Origin: the human T2T-CHM13v2.0 reference genome, Homo sapiens
Direction: 5' to 3' (one strand)
Assembly: GCF_009914755.1 (NCBI RefSeq)
Contig: NC_060925.1
Length of the DNA stretch: 64,000 nt
The notes beneath the pieces were generated by a model. It searched no databases and was not told the origin of the DNA. It was given only the letters and a program-made list of their open reading frames with translations. Of this stretch, positions 57,221 through 64,000 are shown one piece after another (position 1 is the stretch's first letter; each line of letters begins with the position of its first letter). Position numbers and translations under genes: made by a program.

Positions 57221-59469
57221 TTAAGTTGAAATGTTGGCTGACTTGTCATTTGGCAAATTATTTTTTTTTGATTTGACCTCATGAAGTTGATTTTTCAGTT
57301 AACTGTTTCTGTAAGTGAGGCTTTTAAAATAAATAAATAAATTAGTAAATTCACCTTTTGAGCAATTAGTTTGCTGTGAATTTGGTCATTCAGTAAATTA
57401 GTCATGAATAGATTTTGATGAATTGGTTTAGATCAAATTGGCCCAATTTGTAGTAATAAGTCCTAAGGTTCTGGGCAAGGTTAATTAAGGCTGAATAACT
57501 CTGGGCTAGCTGAATGGTGAGTATTTTTATTTGCCAAGTGGTATCCTCTATCCAATGAGACTCAATCTCAGAGCAGTTTGCTATTATCCTGAACTGCATG
57601 GACATGCTATGTTTTTGATCCTCAATCAAGGATCCTGGATTCAGTACAAGGCAGATGAGTTAGAAAGGAGATTTGAGAATGTAGAAATCCCTCAATGCTA
57701 GGATTTGCTGTTTTGAGGGCTGCTGAAAAGGGAGATCAATGAGAATGTCTTGGTTACAAGAAGGAGGTACCTCAGAAGGCTCAAGAGGGAAAGTTGGTAA
57801 CAAGGGCCCCGTGTATGTCAGGGAAACAGATGTGTTCTTTCTTCTGATAGGGAAAGACCACCCACATGAGCCTAAAAAGAAGCTGTGGACCGCAGCACAG
57901 CATCAAATGCAAGGGCTCCTTTTGGCAGTCTGGCTTTACCCATCCTCAGAGCTTCTCTGGAAAACCAAAGATCTCCTAATTTTTAGTGGAAGATGGGTGT
58001 GGAGAGAGGAAACAAGCCTCATAGAAGCCTGTATCCCATAATTAACCTAAAATCAGTCTCAGAAGAAAGGACTTCAAAAGAGAGGATAAAGATAAATGAA
58101 CTTAGACATCCCAACAGTGACAGCAGGGCAGGCAGAACGTAGGCCATACATAGGCTTTCTGACCTCCAGAGTTGCTTAACACCTGGTCTTTGTGGCTTCT
58201 TTCATACTCTGGGAGAGAAATGGTGTGCTACCAAGCAGGAGACATTGATTCAAAGTACATTCTGCAGGCTGCAACTCTATCTCCCTTATAACCTGGCTAT
58301 CAAATCAACCAAGGCGTGAGGGAAGGTGGAGGACAAGGGAGATGTGAGGGAGCAGGCCTTGCCTGTTCTTGGATCCTTGACAGACAGCTCTTCTAGCCTT
58401 TGTTCAAGATTCCTATGAAGAGTCTTCATTCTGTAATTGGGTTTACCTGTGTAGTCAATCAGCGGGGTCACTTCTTGTCAGCCCCCTTCCACCCAGTCCC
58501 CAAGTGTCCTGCTAGGGCACCTCCTCTTTCCATACAAATGTGGCCTCCAGATCAAGAATTCATTGACTATGGTCCTCTCCCATGGGAGGATGTACACATA
58601 GGAATTGTTCACTCTCTATTTGAGGGCTGTGAAGATGCTGCAAATGACAACTAGAATAAATACAGAGCACATGAGCTGTGAAAAGCCCATGACTCCGTAT
58701 AACAGGAATTCTTGCTGTTAGGTGGCAGGCTTCCCTGTGTGTACCCTGTTAGAAAAATACATGATATTATACATGAAAAACCATAATCAATGATAAAATG
58801 AATATCAACAATAAAATAATTCAACATGGTAGCAGGATATAAAGTTAAGATGCAAAAGTCAGTAGCATTCATATAACAAATGGTAGCCATAAAATGTAAT
58901 GAATAGTTAAAACCCAACTTACCAAAAATTGATCTGAATCCATGTGAAGAAAACCATAAAACATCCTGAAAGATACCAGATAGACAAGGCAAGGACTAGA
59001 ACAGTATGGACCATTTCTTCTCACTCCACTCTACTAAGCACAAATATAAAACCTGGACAACTATAAAAGTGAAACCACAGAGGAACGTTTAAATGTGGTA
59101 GGAAGAATGCAACCTAGTTTGGGAACCCAAAACTGGATGAACAACACAGTGATGGGGTATCCTAGTCCCCCACTTGACTCAAGAAGGAGAAACAGACCCA
59201 ATCTTTTTAAATTCCCAACATACCAACAAACACAGACCAGCTAGGCTTACCCTCCCACAGGTCAAACCATACTGCATTACTATAAGAGCAAGAGCAAAAT
59301 GATCTCACTAACAATTAGAAGGCAAGGGAAGCACTCTACACTCTTGTCAGGCCTGAGACCCTCCAATCCATCTAAACCTGCTAACCCTACTGCTGAGCAG
59401 AGCCAGCAAGAGGGACTCTACCAAAAGGAGTAATATTTCTGGAAAGTCTCTATCCCCCAGCCCCTAGAA

Positions 59470-59586
59470 CAGCAGTCCTTAACCTTTTTGGCACCAGGGA
59501 CCAGTTTTGGGGAAGACAATTTTTCCACAGGTGGAGGAGGTTAAGGGAGGATTCAAGTGCATTACATTTATTGTGCACTTTATTTC

Positions 59587-59636
<50 letters not shown>

Positions 59637-59904
59637 TTATTTATTTACAACTCACCATGATGTAGAATCAGTGGGAGCCCTGAGCTTGTTTTCCTGCAAC
59701 CAGACAGTCCCATCTGGGCATGATGGGAGACAGTGACAGATTATCAGGCATTAGATTCTCACTGGAGTGCACAATCTAGATCCCTCGCATGCACAGTTCA
59801 CAGTAGGGCTCACACTCCTATGAGAATCTCACGCCATCGCTGATCTGACAAGAGGCGAGATCAGGAACCATAATCGTCTGTGGCCAGGGGATTGGGGACC
59901 CCTG
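59470..59904. mobile_element. MER1A (hAT-Charlie) DNA transposon with internal (TA)n ~59590-59632
   Basis: Termini cagcagtccttaacctttttggcaccaggga ... attggggacccctg; MER1A interior 'atcagtgggagccctgagcttgttttcctgcaac'. Confidence 0.9.
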
Positions 59905-60322
59905 CCATGGGAGACCCCAAAGTAGCCAAAGACCACCAGCAAATATGATTATCCCAAAATAGGCACAGTGAGAGGTCAAGGAAACCTCTTTTCTCCAGAA
60001 ACCTGATACTCCTCTCCCATGCCAATTGGGCCTATCACTACTGATCCTTCAGCTATTGAAAAGACAATACAACCAACTTTATGCTCATAAATTCAACAAC
60101 TTAGAAAAAAGAATAGACCAATTTCTTAAAAATTGTAAACTACCTAAACTCAACGAAGATGAAAGAGGTAATATGAATATTCCCATAACCACTAAGGAAA
60201 TTTAATTTATAAATTAAAGCCTCTGACAGAGACATTTTCAGTCCAAAATGGTTCACTAAAGAATTGACCAAACTTTTAAAGAAAATATTAATGTGGATTT
60301 TATACAATATCTTATGAGGTTA

Positions 60323-60564
<242 letters not shown>

Positions 60565-61487
60565 AATTAATACAACAAAGAAAATATAAAAACAGTACAC
60601 ACAAAAAAAATTACACTATTTCTTATGACCAGTGACTCTTATGAGCCTAGATATAAAATCTTTAACAAAATATGAAAACAAATCTAACAATGTATAAAAA
60701 GTATGGGATAACACAACAAAGGACATTTACTCCAGGTATGCAAGCTTAGTTCAATATTTGAAAATTAATAGAATCAACTATGTTAACAGGGAAAAGATGC
60801 AGCAAAAGCATTTGTCGAAATTCAGCTCTTATTTATAATCATTTTATTTAAAATTTTCAGTAAGTCAAAAATAGACAAATTATCTTAACCTGCTGAAGAC
60901 CATCTACAAAAAATCTACAGGTAACATCAGACTTAATAAAGACTAAATGCTTTTCCAAATAGTAGGGAACAAGGTAAGAATGTCCATTTTCATCTTTCTT
61001 ACTCAATAAAAAGGTACTGGAAGTTCTAGCTTCTATAATAAGAGAAGGAAAAATAATAAAAGGTATAGAGATCGGAAAAGAAGAAAGAAAACAATCTCTA
61101 GTTGCAGATGACATTTTGTCTATGTAGAAATTCCCAAAGAATCTGCAAAAAAAAGATAAACATCCAATTTTAAAAGGATCATAAGACATGGATAGATATT
61201 TCACTAGAGAGGATATACACATGGCAAATAAACACATGAAAATATGTTCAAAATGACTAGCCATTAAATAAATGTAAATTTAAACTGTCACGGGCTATCA
61301 GAATGACTATTTTTTTTTTTAAATCAGGATAAAGAAAAACTGGATTGCTTATGCATTGCTAGTGGGAATGTAAAATGGTACGGTGCCTCTGGAAAACAGG
61401 TTCATCAGGTTCTTATAAAACTCAACATGCAATTATTATACAATCCGACACTTCTACTCTTGGGTGTTAATCCCACAGGAATGAAGA

Positions 61488-62030
61488 TACATATATATAC
61501 ATATATATTTCATATATGCATATATGTATATACATATATATGCAATATGTCCCATATATCTATATATACAATATGTCCCATATATCTATATATACATATA
61601 TGTCCCATATAGCTATATATACATATATGCCATATATGTGCATACATATATGTATACACGTGCATACATAAATGTCCCATACATGTATACATGTATACAC
61701 ATACATGCCCCAGATAGGTATATGTGCATACATGTCCCATATATGTATATGTACATATATGTATGCACATATATGCCATATATGTATGCACATATATGCC
61801 ATAGATGTATATATGTATATATACACATATGTATATATGGGTATATAAACATATATGTCATATGTATATATACACATATATGTCATGTATATATACACAT
61901 ATATGTCATATGTATATATACACATATATGTCATTTGTATATATACACATATATGTCATTTGTATATATACACATATATGTCATTTGTATATATACACAT
62001 ATATGTCATTTGTATATATACACATATATA
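61488..62030. repeat. (CATATA)-type low-complexity expansion ending in ~7 copies of a 25-bp unit
   Basis: gtatatatacacatatatgtcattt with period 25 (61921, 61946, 61971...). Confidence 0.92.
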
Positions 62031-62699
62031 TTACAAACTTGTACATGAAAGCTCGTAGATAGAAGCTTTCTTCATAATTTTCAAAAAGTGAAAGCATCCC
62101 AGAAGTCCTTCAATAGGTGAATGGTTAAATGAACTGTGAAACATACATAGCATCGTATGCTACTTGAAATAAAAAGAAGTAAACTATTGATATACATAAC
62201 AATTTTGATAATCTCAAAGAAACCATGCTGAGTAATAAAAGGTAATACTATAATATTACAAGTTGTATGATCCACTTATAAAACATTGTTGAGATAATAA
62301 AATGTTAGGAAAGGAAACAGATTGGTGGTTGCCAGCGATAAAGGATAAGCAGTGGAAAGGAAGTGGTTGCTATAAAAGGGCAACATAAGAGGTCCTTTTG
62401 GTGATGGAACTGTTTATTATCTTTGCTACAGTGGTGGATAAACCTTCACATGTGATAAAATTATACAGAAATAAATTCACACACACAAATAAGTGAAAGT
62501 AAAACTGGGGAAATTGGAATAAGATTGTGAATTTTATCAATGTCAATTGCTGTTTGTGATATTGTACTAAAGTTTTGCAAAATGTTACCATTGTGAGAAA
62601 CTAGTAAACTGTACCAAGAACCTCTTAGTATTATTTCTTAAAACTACATGTGAAACTAAAATGACCTTATAATAACAAATTTTAATGGAAAAGTATACT

Positions 62700-64000
62700 T
62701 GCATAAATTGAAATGTAATCTATGTTCTAAGTTAGAAAGTCTCATGAAATGGTCAGTTCTAAAGTTATTTTTATACATTTAATACAAAAGCAATGAAAAC
62801 TGCAAGCTTTTTGGTCAAGCTAGACACATGATCCTAAATCATGAAAAAGTAAATACGTAATATCAACTAGAAAAATACTGAGCAGAAATAGTTAGGAGGC
62901 AGGATTTGCTGTATTAAATTTTAAAATTACTGCTGAGAGTATAATAGAATAATGAGGCATTGGAGCCTGTTTGAAAGGAGAGAAGAAGGAAAGAGACCAG
63001 GAAGTGAGGGGAGGGAGATAGAAGACAAACCTAGAAATAGGTCCTACTACATATAGAAATTTAACATATGATAAAATCACTATTGCAAATTACTAGGGCA
63101 AAGATAGTTTTTTAAATATATGGAGTTAGAACAACTGTATAGTTATTTGCCAGAATCAAAATTAGATTCATTCCTCATGTTAACCACAGGAAAAAAAATG
63201 GTTCAGAGATCTAAATGTAAAACTGGAAATGTGGCAATTACAAATACTAGGAAAAAATGGATTTTTTTTCTGTAATCTCAGAGTAGGGAATGGCCTTCTA
63301 ACCAAGACTTAAAATCTATGTGCAATAGAAATATAATCTGTTTGACTACATAAAATTAAAGTAAAATACAGGGGAAAACACCATGAGCAGTTAAAAATAA
63401 TGGAGAAAAAATATGTGTGGCATACATTATAGGTGAAAGGCTAACATCCTTAATATATAAAAAGATTAAACATTGACTAAAGATTTTTAAAATCTATGGA
63501 AAATTGCAAAAGATATTAGAGCAATTCATATAGAGATATGAAAATCGTTATTAGATATATTTTTAATGGTGAATTTCACAATAATAAGATAAATGCAAAT
63601 TAAAACAACCTTAAGATACCACTTCTCATGAAACTGGCAAAAATGCAAAACCTTGACAGGGCATTCTGTTGATGGGAATGTGGAGAAACAGGCATTCTCA
63701 CATATTATTCATGATAATACAAATGATGCAACCCCATTTTGGAAATTTGGGTTATATCTAACAAAACTAACTAAACATCGACCCAATAATTTGCTGATAA
63801 CCAGAAAATAGATCTCTGACAGTACAAAAAAGATGTAGAAAATTATTCATCATAGCACTATTTATAATTGCTAAATATTGCAAAATAACTTCAATATTCA
63901 GGCATAGAAAATTGATTGAATAAGCTTTTGTACATCTACACAATGGAAGCATTATGCAAATGTAAGAAAAGAATGCGGTAGATCTGTATATAGCGTTTCA
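62700..64000 (+). mobile_element. Ancient L1M ORF2/3' fragment
   Basis: 'aaatgcaaattaaaacaaccttaagataccact', 'gtggagaaacaggcattctca'. Confidence 0.75.

Noticed and set aside
57739-58654. Possible processed pseudogene
   Set aside because: The ORFs resemble no protein I recognise, and no poly(A) tail with TSD is visible
61427-62062. Multiple Tyr/Ile/His/Cys-rich ORFs
   Set aside because: Translations of AT-rich simple repeats

Overview
This is primate, almost certainly human, genomic DNA from an olfactory-receptor cluster; the encoded protein matches what I recall as OR13G1 (1q44). The window contains one intact single-coding-exon OR gene (39001-39924, minus strand, 307 aa, Val at codon 132). 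A frameshifted, stop-disrupted OR pseudogene (33760-34706, plus strand, probably OR3D1P) faces it tail-to-tail. Most of the rest is L1, Alu, L2, MIR, LTR and DNA-transposon sequence. Notable non-routine elements: (1) an orphan CpG island (~6190-6730) with splice donors pointing both ways, a likely bidirectional lncRNA promoter whose plus-strand transcript would be antisense to OR13G1; (2) a 12 x 51-bp VNTR expanded inside a MER4-family solo LTR; (3) a readable OR13G1 promoter/first exon near 46.5-46.9 kb; (4) an LTR41-like CTCF motif just upstream of it; (5) a perfect O/E palindrome in an island I cannot assign to a repeat (~58.6 kb). I find no evidence for a wholly new biological system; the best leads are regulatory and are inferences. 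Repeat subfamily names and boundaries were read by eye and are approximate.
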